Assembly: GCA_030141605.1 (NCBI GenBank)
Contig: JAQGDQ010000170.1
Location: 62,001 to 126,000 of the forward strand
Origin: Tubiluchus corallicola
Lineage: Eukaryota; Animalia; Priapulida
Direction: 5' to 3'
Length of the DNA: 64,000 bases
Positions 39,706 through 52,020 of the stretch are shown piece after piece. Positions within the stretch are counted from its first letter, which is position 1; each line of letters starts with the position of its first letter. The notes under the pieces were generated by a model. The model was not told the DNA's origin. It was given only the letters and a program-made list of their open reading frames with translations, and made no database searches. The translations under genes and the position numbers were made by a program.

Positions 39706-40161
39706 CAGGGGTGTGCAAAGAGAGAGTTTATGCGGCCCGCGAAGAGATTTGTCAACCTAACGACAGTGCGGCCCGGGCAATTAATTGAGTGTATCCAGCT
39801 AAAGTCCGTGCCACGATCCCAAGGATAGTGCGGGTAGTATTTTCTACTAGATCGGATGCCATTAACCCTTACAAGACGGTTGTAGCTTAATAACACTGTA
39901 CTACACAGACTGTGTGATATGCATTGTAATGAAATTACCACTATCTGTCCTGAAAGTAGAAATATATGGTTTGTAATATAAATTTTAATAACTTCTAAAA
40001 TAGTTTCTTGAGTGTAGTAGTAATGATGTACGCAGGTCGGATGCAAAAAAATCGTTATTAGGCCTTTCTGTACTTGGTTCCTTGATCAAACTGCCTGTGG
40101 CCTGCAGGAATTGCGGGAAAGTTTAATGTGGCCCGGTAGTCAGATAATTTGCACAACCCTG
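39706..40161 (-). mobile_element. hAT MITE family H, copy 2 (inverted)
   Basis: Reverse complement of 31330-31828 with small deletions; perfect TSD GATTAATG. Confidence 0.92.
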
Positions 40162-40194
40162 GATTAATGTGTGCAGTCATTAAGTTTAATCTAA

Positions 40195-40870
40195 GTCGTC
40201 GTCGTCGTCGACTTTCACTCGTTTCCGAGTATTGTCCTTTCGGTCAAAGTTACTAGCTGTGGTGGGCACGTTGGTGGCTTAACAGCCCGATCCTTGCTCG
40301 AAACATTCTGGTGCATTTGTCACATTGGATAGTGGGAGTTACCTGAGGTTGACGGGCCTTCTCTTTCCTTCGTTGACGTTTGGCTTCAATTGCTGCTCGT
40401 CTGGTTGTTTCAAAATGCTCAGTCCCTTCCTGGATGACTCTTCTCCACTTTGTTCGCTGCCGCGCTGTCTGTTCCCAGGTTTCTGGATCGATCCTTGCTG
40501 ATTGCAGGGTTTCTTTTAGTTGGTCCTTGTAGCGGCGCCTAGGGCGGCCCAGGGGGCGTTTTCCAGTGCTCAGCTCACTGAAGAGGGTCCTTCGGGGAAG
40601 TCTGTTTTCGTCCATACGTGCTACATGACCTGCCCACCTTAGCCAATGTTTCGTAATCATAGCTTCTATACTAGTGGTGTTGAATCTCTCGAGAACTGAA
40701 TTATTGGTGACATAATCATCCCATTTGATGTTGGAAACTGAGCGAAGCTTTTTCTGGTGGAACTGTTCGAGTTTTTTCAGGTCTTGGCGGTACAGAGTCC
40801 ATGTTTCACATCCGTAAAGGAGTGTGGAAACGACAATAGCATTATAGACCATCAGCTTGGTTCGACGAGT
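40195..40870 (-). mobile_element. RTE-clade LINE 3' end, open frame
   Basis: TKLMVYNAIVVSTLLYGCETWTL, LRWAGHVARM, RPLGRPRRRYKD, terminal C2H2 (CDKC...HQRAH); (GAC)n tail. Confidence 0.93.
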
Positions 40871-41120
40871 TAGATGAGCTAATCTAAGTATCCTGTCATT
40901 ATTCAAACTTCGTCAATTATTTTCCGGGATATGTAGGGAACAATATTAAGTACTTTTTGTATAAGTCATAGTTAACACGAACTGAAGCAAGACTGAAATA
41001 CTAAAAATGTTTAGCCGCGTTCTGGTTTTGTCGCTAGGCAACTCGCAAGCATGTTCAGACTAGAGAGCAACACTTAATTGCTTCAAGTTACTCTCAGAGA
41101 GTAACATTATTTTTTTATAA

Positions 41121-41673
41121 ACAATAATAATAATAAATCTTTATTAAAGAAATGAACATATATACTAAAAGGTGTCCTTTTTGCAGGCTCAGATCAACAA
41201 TTTACATTTTCATATAACAAATCTTTTAAATATTTCCAGTTTCACACTATGTACAATATTATACTTAAATTAGATTTAATTTTAAATGATTCACAAGTAT
41301 TATACACATAAATTAACTTTACACACCTACATAATTTATTTTTGTATACTCGAGCGGGCCTAAATTAACAATTACTTAGTATAAAACTATCTCTGATCAG
41401 GTTAGTAAAGGCCATTATTAATTTTTTATCAGATTGAAGCATAATATTACGTGTATAATTGGCATCAGTTATTTCTATGAAACGCATTCTTTTTGTATTA
41501 TCTACTTTATTGCATCTGAATAAAATGTGCTGAGGAGTTTGCTCTTCTTCTCCACATGGACATAAACTAGTATCACTCATATTAAGTCTATACAAAAAGC
41601 TGTTAAAATTGCCCTGGCCAGTTAAAAAAGACATGGCAATGGAGTCTATTTTCCTTATTTTCATTATTTCCAA
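41121..41673 (-). mobile_element. LINE 3' end (R1/I-group-like zinc knuckle)
   Basis: FLTGQGNFNSFLYR..CPCGEEEQTPQHILFRC; (ATT)n tail after an AATAAA near 41122-41145. Confidence 0.75.
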
Positions 41674-42769
41674 GCTGCAAGAAAAATGGTTTACATTTTA
41701 TATTCTGCATTCCAACATTTTCTCCTCGAAATTACATAACAAACCTATATTTATTTGACCAGGTACAATAAACATAATCCATAATTTGACGTTTAGTATA
41801 CTTTAACATATTTTCAGGAACTTCTTCAAGATCTTGCGATTTTTACGAAATTTTGACCAAACAGCCTGTGGAAAAAACGTTCTAGCGGCGCCTGGTGGGA
41901 CTTTCGGAAGGAGATATATAGCTCTTCAGAAAGAGGAAGAACAGGGCTACACGATGATGTGGGCTATATTTTAGCACATGTCCACCAAGAGGAGTGACGA
42001 TGAGTTAATTAGATGTTCTATTTTTGGCAATTTTTGCTTGGAAAACTGCTGACGCAAAGCCATTGTTCTGACGTCATCCATTATACTCTGCCTATAACCC
42101 TATAACTTTAATTCAGTAAAAGCTGCTGCTGCTGGCTTTGCGTTAGGTAAATAAACGAACACTAGGTAGAACGTTCGCGTATTATTGATTATACGTGTAT
42201 TTTTACGCAAAATATTTTGCGGGGCCTTTGCTAGTACATAATATTTTTATACACATGCCTTCCTGTCCGAGAGTAAGTGCGAGTTGATTCTCACTTGTTC
42301 ATAACGAGAAGTATCGAGAGTAACTCGCCGAAGCGTTCACACTAGACAGTAACTCACAAAGCCATTCACACTTGCGAGTTTGATGTCAGAGAGAAAACTC
42401 GTTGGTCTGAACGCGCCGTTGGAGACATATTCATATCTTATGCACACAAAAATGTCCTCTCTAATAAATAAAGCACTCTAACAAGAAGTGTATGCCAGTA
42501 GGCGTATGGGGCAGTGATTTCATAAATCACTCACTAATTTGATCTCCAATTTTCTTTGCTGCTAATCGACTAACTACTTTTGACTTGGAGTTTTACTAAG
42601 CAGTTGGGAATCATTCGTCTATAATTGAAGTTTTGTGCTGCTTTAGTCTGCTATTATGCTGATTTAGACTTTTCACATCGCAGAGCTGTAAATTCGCACG
42701 GGTTACTCACTCGGCGGATGGTAACCACGCAACGCCCTTCCGTACACAGCGCCAAAACCTTCTATGAAT

Positions 42770-43148
42770 GAGGGGTGAGACTTAAAGGTAAAGTCCACAA
42801 AGAAGTGGTCAGACCCGCTCTAATCTATGGGCTGGAAGCAGCTTCTCTAAAGAAGACCGAAGAGAAGAAAATGGGTGTGGTGGAGATGAGGATGTTGAGA
42901 TGGATGGTGGGAATAACAAGAAGAGATAAAATTAGAAATAATAATATCAGAGGAACGGTAAAAGTAGTGGAAGCCTCGCAAGATTGCAATGGTATGGACA
43001 CCTGAAAAGAAGAGTCGGTGAAGATCATGTGGGAAGGGAAGACATAAATGAAGAGATGGTCAACAGCAGGAATGCGTGGAGAAGACTCATTCGCAACGGC
43101 GACCCCGCATAAGGAAAAGTTGGGAAGAAGAAGAAGAAGAAGAAGAAG
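42770..43148 (+). mobile_element. RTE-clade LINE 3' remnant
   Basis: LKGKVHKEVVRPALIYGLE..EMRMLRWMVGITRRDKIRN; (GAA)n tail. Confidence 0.88.
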
Positions 43149-43649
43149 TACAAGGATACGTCAATGTTACCTACTCTGCTTTTTCGTGTAGGTGGCTTGA
43201 TGTAGTTGAGTTTGTTTGAGTCTTCAGCGATAAAATATCTGCATACTATTAACAGAAATAAGTCGTTCGATGCGTTTTTATTATGTCAACTGCACTGGAG
43301 ATATCAGGATATTGTTAGTTTTGCTCATGTAATTACAGCTTTTATTCGATTAATATGAGCATGCACCAGTTGTGTTAACAACGGCTAGGATTGTAAAGAG
43401 ATTTTGTGTCTGTAGCGCTTTCTTGCTTTCCCAAGAGCATTTCCGTGTTTAAGAAATCAAGCGCATTTTTGTAACGACATGATAAGCCTAAAAACTGCAG
43501 CACTCCTCCCCCCACACCCCCTCTCTCGGTAATTTCCGTGATTTGTTTGTATTGGTTTTTGTTTTTATAATGTTGCGTGTTGTAAATATGCAAATTTATA
43601 TTATGAATTCAAGTTCGAAATAAAGAATCAATCACATCAAATAAAATCT

Positions 43650-43945
<296 letters not shown>

Positions 43946-45303
43946 TCGCTTTCTCTCTCGCATCTCTCCCACTTCTCTTACAGAGTGAAAATTGTTACAA
44001 AATTACACCTACAACATACTGATGTTTAAATTGATAATTGCACAAACCACAATGTGTAGTAGAATGGCAAAATTAAAATTACGAAAATGACCCTTACTGG
44101 CACAAATTACCAAAACTGGAAAGGTGTGATAGATTTTTTTTTATTAAACAACACCAACACATCACAAACAGTTGTCCGCTCGGCTTCTATTAAAAGAGAT
44201 TGGATTAGACTGACCAATAATGCTTCTTTAGGAGAGCAATTAGAGAAGAAGCGATTCTACATAATCTACAATGATTATTATAGCTTCTTCCTTATTTCTG
44301 TTTTAGCTGCAATTCGTCGTGAACAAAATATATAGTGGGGAACATAAAAATAAGATTTCTGTGGGTAATTTTTGCACAATTAATATAGCTGCAATAAACA
44401 AATGCACCACATATATTTGTGGACTAGAGCCCAGAATTCAGTAAGCCATTATCCTTGCCTATGAAAATCAATTCTCCTGACAATCGCAATACATGATATT
44501 TAGAACGATAATTTATTAGCCAAGACTTTATAAACAAATCTTAACATATTTCACTTTGGCTTTAATCAGAACTTTGACTGTCATTAATTTGTGATACGTA
44601 TATGAACCTTGTAAAGTTTGAAATAAAATATTAAATCAAAAATCAAAATCAGTCAGTCAGTAATTTAGTAAGTAAGTCAATCAGTCAGTAACTTAGCATA
44701 TCAGTAAGTCATTTAGTGAGTCATTCGATCAGTAATTTAGTCAGTCAGTCAGTAGTTTAGTTAGCCACTCAGTCCCTCAATTAATCAGTCTGTCAGTCAC
44801 TCTGTCAGTTAGTTAGTCCCGTTAGATAGCCAGTGAATTAGTCATGCTCAGACAGAGTTGTTATTCTGCCCGTCAGTCAGTCAACCTAATACAAGAGCTA
44901 AGGACTAAAGACGTTTAATCGATTAGTGAATGAGTCAGTCGACTCGTCACTCACTATGACAATTAGCCATTTTGAATGAGTAGTCTAGTCTATCATTAGG
45001 TCAGTAAGTCATTCACTCCATCGACTAGTTAATCAATTATGACATAAGACCACATGATTGTCCCATAAAAGAGCCTTTCCTACTTTTATGTCATCTTTAC
45101 TTCCCTTTTGTGTACTATGTATGCAGAAACAATCAGGTTAAGTACTGTTTTGTTTATAAGCAGGTACGTTTGTGATGCACTAATACTCATGCGTAGCAGT
45201 ATTTATCACGTTTTTGTCTCTGTTCACATAAAAACAACATTCAAATTTATAACAGTACATAAACCATTCTAATCTTTTTTTGAGAACAACGTTAACTGAT
45301 TCG

Positions 45304-46284
45304 TTAATGAAATGTAACCATCTTTTTTATTTCGTTTCTGAACTCGTCTAATTTCGCTACGTAAACAAACACGTTGGCCAATGAATTGACATATGCTGGC
45401 AGAAGATACCAGTAATAATTGCTTGCGTTAACCATCTTGATTTCACCACTAATGCTTAAAATCAGAAGTGGCACCAGACTTGGCATGTAACATATGAAAT
45501 ACACAACTAGTATAATTGTTACAGTTTTTAGAGGTTTGAGTTTTGCTTGAAGTGAAGTCATTCGCATTGTTGTGTTGGCATTGCTCGCTATGGTTTGCAT
45601 GCAGTGGTTTATTTCACGTGCTTGTTTTATAGCAGTTTTTAGAATAACAATGTACATGCAGAAGAACAATGCTAACATCCATGGTGCAAACACCACTGTA
45701 TTGTAAAACAGTATCTTTGCGTATAGTCCGTGAGGTGCTGGAATACATTTGTACAGAATTTGCCCACTGACGAGGTACACTATTGAGCAAATGATGTAAT
45801 TGAAAATTTGTGAAATCCAAGCACAGGTGAGAATCTTTTTCACACGTCGATCAGACAGCCAAATATGGTAGCGAAGAGGATACACGATGCTAACAAATCG
45901 TTCGGCCGTGGTCAAGAAATAGAAGATTATCGAACAACCCAAAGAAACGTGAGGTACTACATACAGAAACGTGCATAATGTGACATTTTGCTGTGTCAGA
46001 CTGGTGACGTTAAAGCCAATGGTTTGTACGAGGAGGCAAATTCCGGACAGCAAATCAGCTACAGATAAATTACCCAGTATGTAATATAACGGTTTGTGTA
46101 AGCTTGGCATCTTCGTAATCACTGCAATAACGATGCCATTGGCTATGACGATCGCAACACCTAAAATCACTGAAAAAACATCAACAATGAGTTGGAAATT
46201 ACTGGGATTCGCAGTGTTGTTGTAGCTAAAAGTCGTATTCATTTCGGTGAATCCAACTTCCGTTTTTTGCAGCATCCAAACCAT
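45304..46284 (-). CDS. Class A (rhodopsin-like) GPCR, orphan, copy 1
   Basis: Seven TMs; AN in TM1, NLSVADLL in TM2, ERFVSIVYPLRY, W in TM4, FICYMP, NSLANVFVY, helix 8 EFR; N-glycosylation sequons in the N-terminus. Confidence 0.93.
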   Translation of the reverse strand: MVWMLQKTEVGFTEMNTTFSYNNTANPSNFQLIVDVFSVILGVAIVIANGIVIAVITKMPSLHKPLYYILGNLSVADLLSGICLLVQTIGFNVTSLTQQNVTLCTFLYVVPHVSLGCSIIFYFLTTAERFVSIVYPLRYHIWLSDRRVKKILTCAWISQIFNYIICSIVYLVSGQILYKCIPAPHGLYAKILFYNTVVFAPWMLALFFCMYIVILKTAIKQAREINHCMQTIASNANTTMRMTSLQAKLKPLKTVTIILVVYFICYMPSLVPLLILSISGEIKMVNASNYYWYLLPAYVNSLANVFVYVAKLDEFRNEIKKMVTFH

Positions 46285-48302
46285 GAGATTTAGAAATTAC
46301 TATACGTGTGATGTTGAAAATGGCGTGTTTGTTTCGTTAATGTTACTTGTTTTGCAAGCATTGATGTGTGCGTCTAATGAATCAATTATGAGATGTGTGC
46401 TTTCCTTTATCCAAGGCTGGCTATTATTAACAGAACGAAAGTGTGGCAATGCTTTGTGCTTAGTGTAAACATATTTATTATACAACCTTTGGAATGCTTT
46501 GTGCTCATGCAATTTTGAGCAGTCTCTTCTGACTAACACATGCTAAATCAAACACACGTGTTCAATGTTTTCTGATAATGTTATTTAGTATGAGAAAAAC
46601 TCCACTTACCATTTTGCTGATTGTGTAAGAGAGAGCCACATTTATTTTCAGGTTTAGGGTTGTAAAGGGCAACAACAGTACAACATTCCATTCTATTTGT
46701 TGCCAGCTTATTGAACAACTAAATGCACAAAAGCCACAACTGTCAGAAAAGACGGCGACATTGTAGATTGTGAAATAATGCAGTGTAACGGCAGCTAAGT
46801 TAAGAAAGGAACTAGAAAAAATTGAGTAGGCGTATCAAGATGAAGACACCACAGTAGACATAAGAGGAAAGTTTTTGAGTATTTACCAAAACTTTGTGTT
46901 ACTCAGTTGTTAGTTTTACTGCTGAACACCAAAACTGAGTGGTCAGTTAGTCAGTGTGTCAGTCACTTAGTCGGTCAGTCAGTTAGACAGACCAGTAAAT
47001 TAGTTAGGCTCAGACCGAATTGTTATTCTGTGATTCAGTCAGTTAGTCAGTCAAGCAAATACAAGAGCTAAGCACTAAAGACATTTAATAGATTAGTGAG
47101 TCAGTCACCATGTCAGTTGCCAGCAAAGCCATTTTCAATGAGTAGTCTAGTCTATCATCAGGTCAGTATGTCATTCACTCCATCAACTAGTAAATCACAC
47201 AGTTAATCAATGTATTTCTTAAATATCTGAGTGAGTGAATGAGTGGTTCACAAACAATTATAGTAGCTGGTTGCTTAGATATCATTATATGTTCTCAAAA
47301 ACTTTACAACGATTCACCAATATGAATCATTTCTTGTGGGAAATAAGATTTTTGTGGGTAATTTTTGCACAATTAATATAGCTGCAATAAACAAATGCAC
47401 CACATATATTTGTGGACTAGAGCCCAGAATTCAGTAAGCCATTATCCTTGCCTATGAAAATCAATTCTCCTGACAATCGCAATATATGAGATTTAGAACG
47501 ATAATTTATTAACCAAGACTTTATAAACAAATCTTAACACATCTCACTTTGGCTTGATCAGAATTGTGACTGTCATTAATTTGTGATACGTATATGAACT
47601 TTGTAAAGTTTGAAATAAAATATTAAATCAAAAATCAAAATCAGTCAGTCAGTAATTTAGTAAGTAAGTCAATCAGTCAGTAACTTAGCATATCAGTAAG
47701 TCAGTTAGTGAGTCATTCGATCAGTAATTTAGTCAGTCAGTCAGTTGTTTAGTTAGCCACTCAGTCCCTCAATTAATCAGTCTGTCAGTCACTCAGTCAG
47801 TTAGTTAGTCCGTTAGTGAGTTAGATAGCCAGTGAATTAGTCATGCTCAGACAGAGTTGTTATTCTGTCTGCCAGTCAGTTAACCTAATACAAGAGCTAA
47901 GGACTAAAGACATTTAATCGATTAGTGAATGAGTCAGTCGACTCGTCACTCACCATGACAATTAGCCATTTTGAATGAGTAGTCTAGTCTATCATCAGGT
48001 CAGTAAGTCATTCACTCCATCGACTAGTAAATCAATTATTACATAAGACCACATGATTGTCCCATAAAAGAGCCTTTCCTACTTTTATGTCATCTTTACT
48101 TCCCTTTTGTGTACTATGTATGCAGAAACAATCAGGTTAAGTACTGTTTTGTTTATAAGCAGGTACGTTTGTGATGCACTAATACTCATGCGTAGCAGTA
48201 TTTATCACGTTTTTGTCTCTGTTCACATAAAAACAACATTCAAATTTATAACAGTACATAAACCATTCTAATCTTTTTTTGAGAACAACGTTAACTGATT
48301 CG

Positions 48303-49283
48303 TTAATGAAATGTAACCATCTTTTTTATTTCGTTTCTGAACTCGTCTAATTTTGCTACGTAAACAAACACATTGGCTAATGAATTGACATACGCTGGCA
48401 GAAGATACCAGTAATAATTGCTTGCGTCAACCATCTTGATTTCACCACTAATGCTTAAAATCAGAAGTGGCACCAGACTTGGCATGTAACATATGAAATA
48501 CACAACTAGTATAATTGTTACAGTTTTTAGAGGTTTGAGTTTTGCTTGAAGTGAAGTCATTCGCATTGTTGTGTTGGCATTGCTCGCTATGGTTTGCATG
48601 CAGTGGTTTATTTCACGTGCTTGTTTTATAGCAGTTTTTAGAATAACAATGTACATGTAGAAGAACAATGCTAACATCCATGGTGCAAACACCACTATGT
48701 TGTACAACAGTATCTTTGCGTATAGTCCGTGAGGTGCTGGAATACATTTGTACAGAATTTGCCCACTGACGAGGTACAGTATTGAGCAAATAATGTAATT
48801 GAAAATTTGCGAAATCCAAGCACAGGTGAGAATCTTTTTCACACGTCGATCAGACAGCCAAATATGGTAGCGAAGAGGATACACGATGCTAGCAAATCGT
48901 TCGGCCGTGGTCAAGAAATAGAAGATTATCGAACTACCCAAAGAAACCTGAGGTACTACATACAGAAACGTGCACAATGTGACATTTTGCTGTGTCAGAC
49001 TGGTGACGTTAAAGACAATGGTTTGTACGAGGAGGCAAATTCCGGACAGCAAATCAGCTACAGATAAATTACCCAGCATGTAATATAGCGGTTTGTGTAA
49101 GCTTGGCGTCTTCGTAATCACTGCAATAACGTATCCATTGGCTATGACGATCGCAACACCTAAAATCACTGAAAAAACATCAACAACGACTTGGAAATTA
49201 CTGGGATTCGCAGTGTTGTTGTAGCTAAAAGTCGTATTCATTTCGGTGAATCCAACTTCCGTTTTTCGCAGCATCCAAACCAT
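48303..49283 (-). CDS. Class A GPCR, copy 2
   Basis: Intact 326 aa; about 15 substitutions relative to copy 1 (hand count). Confidence 0.93.
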   Translation of the reverse strand: MVWMLRKTEVGFTEMNTTFSYNNTANPSNFQVVVDVFSVILGVAIVIANGYVIAVITKTPSLHKPLYYMLGNLSVADLLSGICLLVQTIVFNVTSLTQQNVTLCTFLYVVPQVSLGSSIIFYFLTTAERFASIVYPLRYHIWLSDRRVKKILTCAWISQIFNYIICSILYLVSGQILYKCIPAPHGLYAKILLYNIVVFAPWMLALFFYMYIVILKTAIKQAREINHCMQTIASNANTTMRMTSLQAKLKPLKTVTIILVVYFICYMPSLVPLLILSISGEIKMVDASNYYWYLLPAYVNSLANVFVYVAKLDEFRNEIKKMVTFH

Positions 49284-50462
49284 GAGATTTAGAAATTACT
49301 ATACATGTGATGTTGAGAATGATGCGTTTGTTTAGTTAATGTTACTTGTTTTGCAAGCATTGATGCGTGCGTCTAATGAATCAATTATGAGATGTGTGCT
49401 TTCCTTTATCAAGGCTGGCTATTATTAACAGAACGAAAGTGTGGCAATGCTTTGTGTTTAGTGTAAACATATTTATTATACAACCTTTGGAATGCTTTGA
49501 GCTCATGCAATTTTGGGCAGTCTATTCTGACTAATACATGCTCAATCAAACATACATGTTCAATGTTTTTTGATAATGTTATTTAGTATGAGAAAAACTC
49601 CACTTACTATTTTGCTGATTGTGTAAGAGGGAGCTACATTTATTTTCAGGTTTATGGTTTTAAAGGGCAACAACAGTACAACATTCCCTTCAATTTGTTG
49701 CCAGCTTATTGAACAACTAAATGCACAAAAGCCACAACTGTCAGAAAAGATGGCGACATTATAGATTGTGAAATAATGCAGTGTAACGGCAGCTAACTTA
49801 AGAAAGGAACTAGAAAAAATTGAGTAGGCGTTTCAAGATGAAGACCCCATAGTAGACATAAGAGGAAAGTTTCTGAGTATTTCACAAGACTTTGTGTTAC
49901 TCAGTTGTTAGTTTTAGTGCTGAACACAGAAATTGAGTGGTCAGTTAGTCAGTGTGTCTGTACTTAGTCGGTCAGTCAGTTAGACAAACCAGTAAATTAG
50001 TCAGGCTCAGACCGAATTGTTATTCTGTGATTCAGTGAGTTAGTCAGTCAACCAAATACGAGAGCTAAGCACTAAAGACATTTAATAGATTAGTGAGTCA
50101 GTCACCATGTCAGTTGCCAGCAAAGCCATTTTCAATGAGTAGTCTAGTCTATCATCAGGTCAGTAAGTCATTCACTCCATCGACTAGTAAATCAATTATT
50201 ACATAAGACCACATGATTGTCCCATAAAAGAGCCTTTCCTACTTTTATGTCATCTTTACTTCCCTTTTGTGTACTATGTATGCAGAAACAATCAGGTTAA
50301 GTGTTGTTTTGTTTATAAGCAGGTACGTTTGTGATGCACTAATACGCTAGCGTCGCGGTATTTATCACGTTTTCGTCTCTGTTCACATAAAAGCAACCTT
50401 CAAATTTATAACAGTACATTAACCATTCTAATCTTTTTATGGGAACAAGGTTAACTGATTCG

Positions 50463-51443
50463 TTAATGAAATGTAACCATCTTTTTTATTTCGTTTCTGA
50501 ACTCGTCTAATTTCGCTACGTAAACAAACACATTGGCCAATGAATTGACATACGCTGGCAGAAGATACCAGTAATAATTGCTTGCGTTAACCATCTTGAT
50601 TTCACCACTAATGTTTAACATCAGAAGTGCCACCAGACTTGGCATGTAACATATGAAATACACAACTAGTATAATTGTTACAGTTTTTAGAGGTTTGAGT
50701 TTTGCTTGAAGTGAAGTCATTCGCATTGTTGTGTTGGCATTGCTCGCTATGGTTTGCATGCAGTGGTTTATTTCACGTGCTTGTTTTATAGCAGTTTTTA
50801 GAATAACAATGTACATGTAGAAGAACAATGCTAACATCCATGGTGTAAACACCACTATGTTGTAAAACAGTATCTTTGCGTATAGTCCGTGAGGTGCCGG
50901 AATACATTTGTACAGAATTTGCCCACTGACGAAGTACAGTATTGAGAAAATGATGCAATTGAAAAATTGTGAAATCCAAGCACAGGTGAGAATCTTTTTC
51001 ACACGTCGATCAGACAGCCAAATATGGTAGCGAAGAGGATACACGATGCTAACAAATCGTTCGGCCGTGGTCAAGAAATAGCAGATTATCGAATTACTCA
51101 CAGAAACCTGAGGTACTACGTTCAGAAATGTGCATAATGTGACATTTTGCTGTGTCAGACTGGTGACGTTGAAGACAATGGTTTGTACGAGGAGGCAAAT
51201 TCCGGACAGCAAATCAGCTATAGATAAATTACCCAACGTGTAATATAACGGTTTGTGTAAGCTTGGCGTCTTCGTAATCACTGCAATAACGATGCCATTA
51301 GCTATGACAATCGCAACACCTAAAATCACTGAAAAAACATCAACAACGAGTTGGAAATTACTGGGATTCGCAGTGTTGTTGAAGCTAAAAGTCGTATTCA
51401 TTTCGGTGAATCCAGCTTCCGTTTTTCGCAGCATCCAAACCAT
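50463..51443 (-). CDS. Class A GPCR, copy 3
   Basis: Intact 326 aa; about 22 substitutions relative to copy 2 (hand count). Confidence 0.93.
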   Translation of the reverse strand: MVWMLRKTEAGFTEMNTTFSFNNTANPSNFQLVVDVFSVILGVAIVIANGIVIAVITKTPSLHKPLYYTLGNLSIADLLSGICLLVQTIVFNVTSLTQQNVTLCTFLNVVPQVSVSNSIICYFLTTAERFVSIVYPLRYHIWLSDRRVKKILTCAWISQFFNCIIFSILYFVSGQILYKCIPAPHGLYAKILFYNIVVFTPWMLALFFYMYIVILKTAIKQAREINHCMQTIASNANTTMRMTSLQAKLKPLKTVTIILVVYFICYMPSLVALLMLNISGEIKMVNASNYYWYLLPAYVNSLANVFVYVAKLDEFRNEIKKMVTFH

Positions 51444-52020
51444 GAGATTTAGAAATTACTATACGTGTGATGTTGAAAATGATGCGTTTGTTTAGTTAAT
51501 GTTACTCGTTTTGCAAGTATTGATGTGTGCGTCTAATGAATCCATTATGAAATGTGTGCTTTCCTTTATCAAGGCTGGCTATTATTAACAGAACGAAAAT
51601 GTGGCAATGCTTTGTGTTTAGTGTAAACATATTTATTTTACAACCTTTGAAATGCTTTGTGCTCATGCAATTTTGGGCAGTCTATTCTGACTAACACATG
51701 CTCAATCAAACATACATGTTCAATGTTTTTTTATAATGTTATTTGGTATGAGAAAAACTCCACTAACCATTTTGCTATTTGTGTAAGAGGGAGCTACATT
51801 TATTTTCAGGTTTAGGGTTGCAAAGGGCAACAACAGTACAACATTCCATTCAATTTATTGCCAGATTATTGAACAACTAAATGCACAAAAGCCATAACTG
51901 TCAGAAAAGACGGTAACATTATAGATTGTGAAATAATGCAGTGTAACGGCAGCTGAGTTAAGAAAGGAACTAGAAAAAATGAGTATGCGTATCAAGATGA
52001 AGACCCCATAGTAGACATAA

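Noticed and set aside
31322-40169. Composite transposon that carried the fucosyltransferase
   Set aside because: Each MITE has its own distinct TSD and there is no shared outer TSD.
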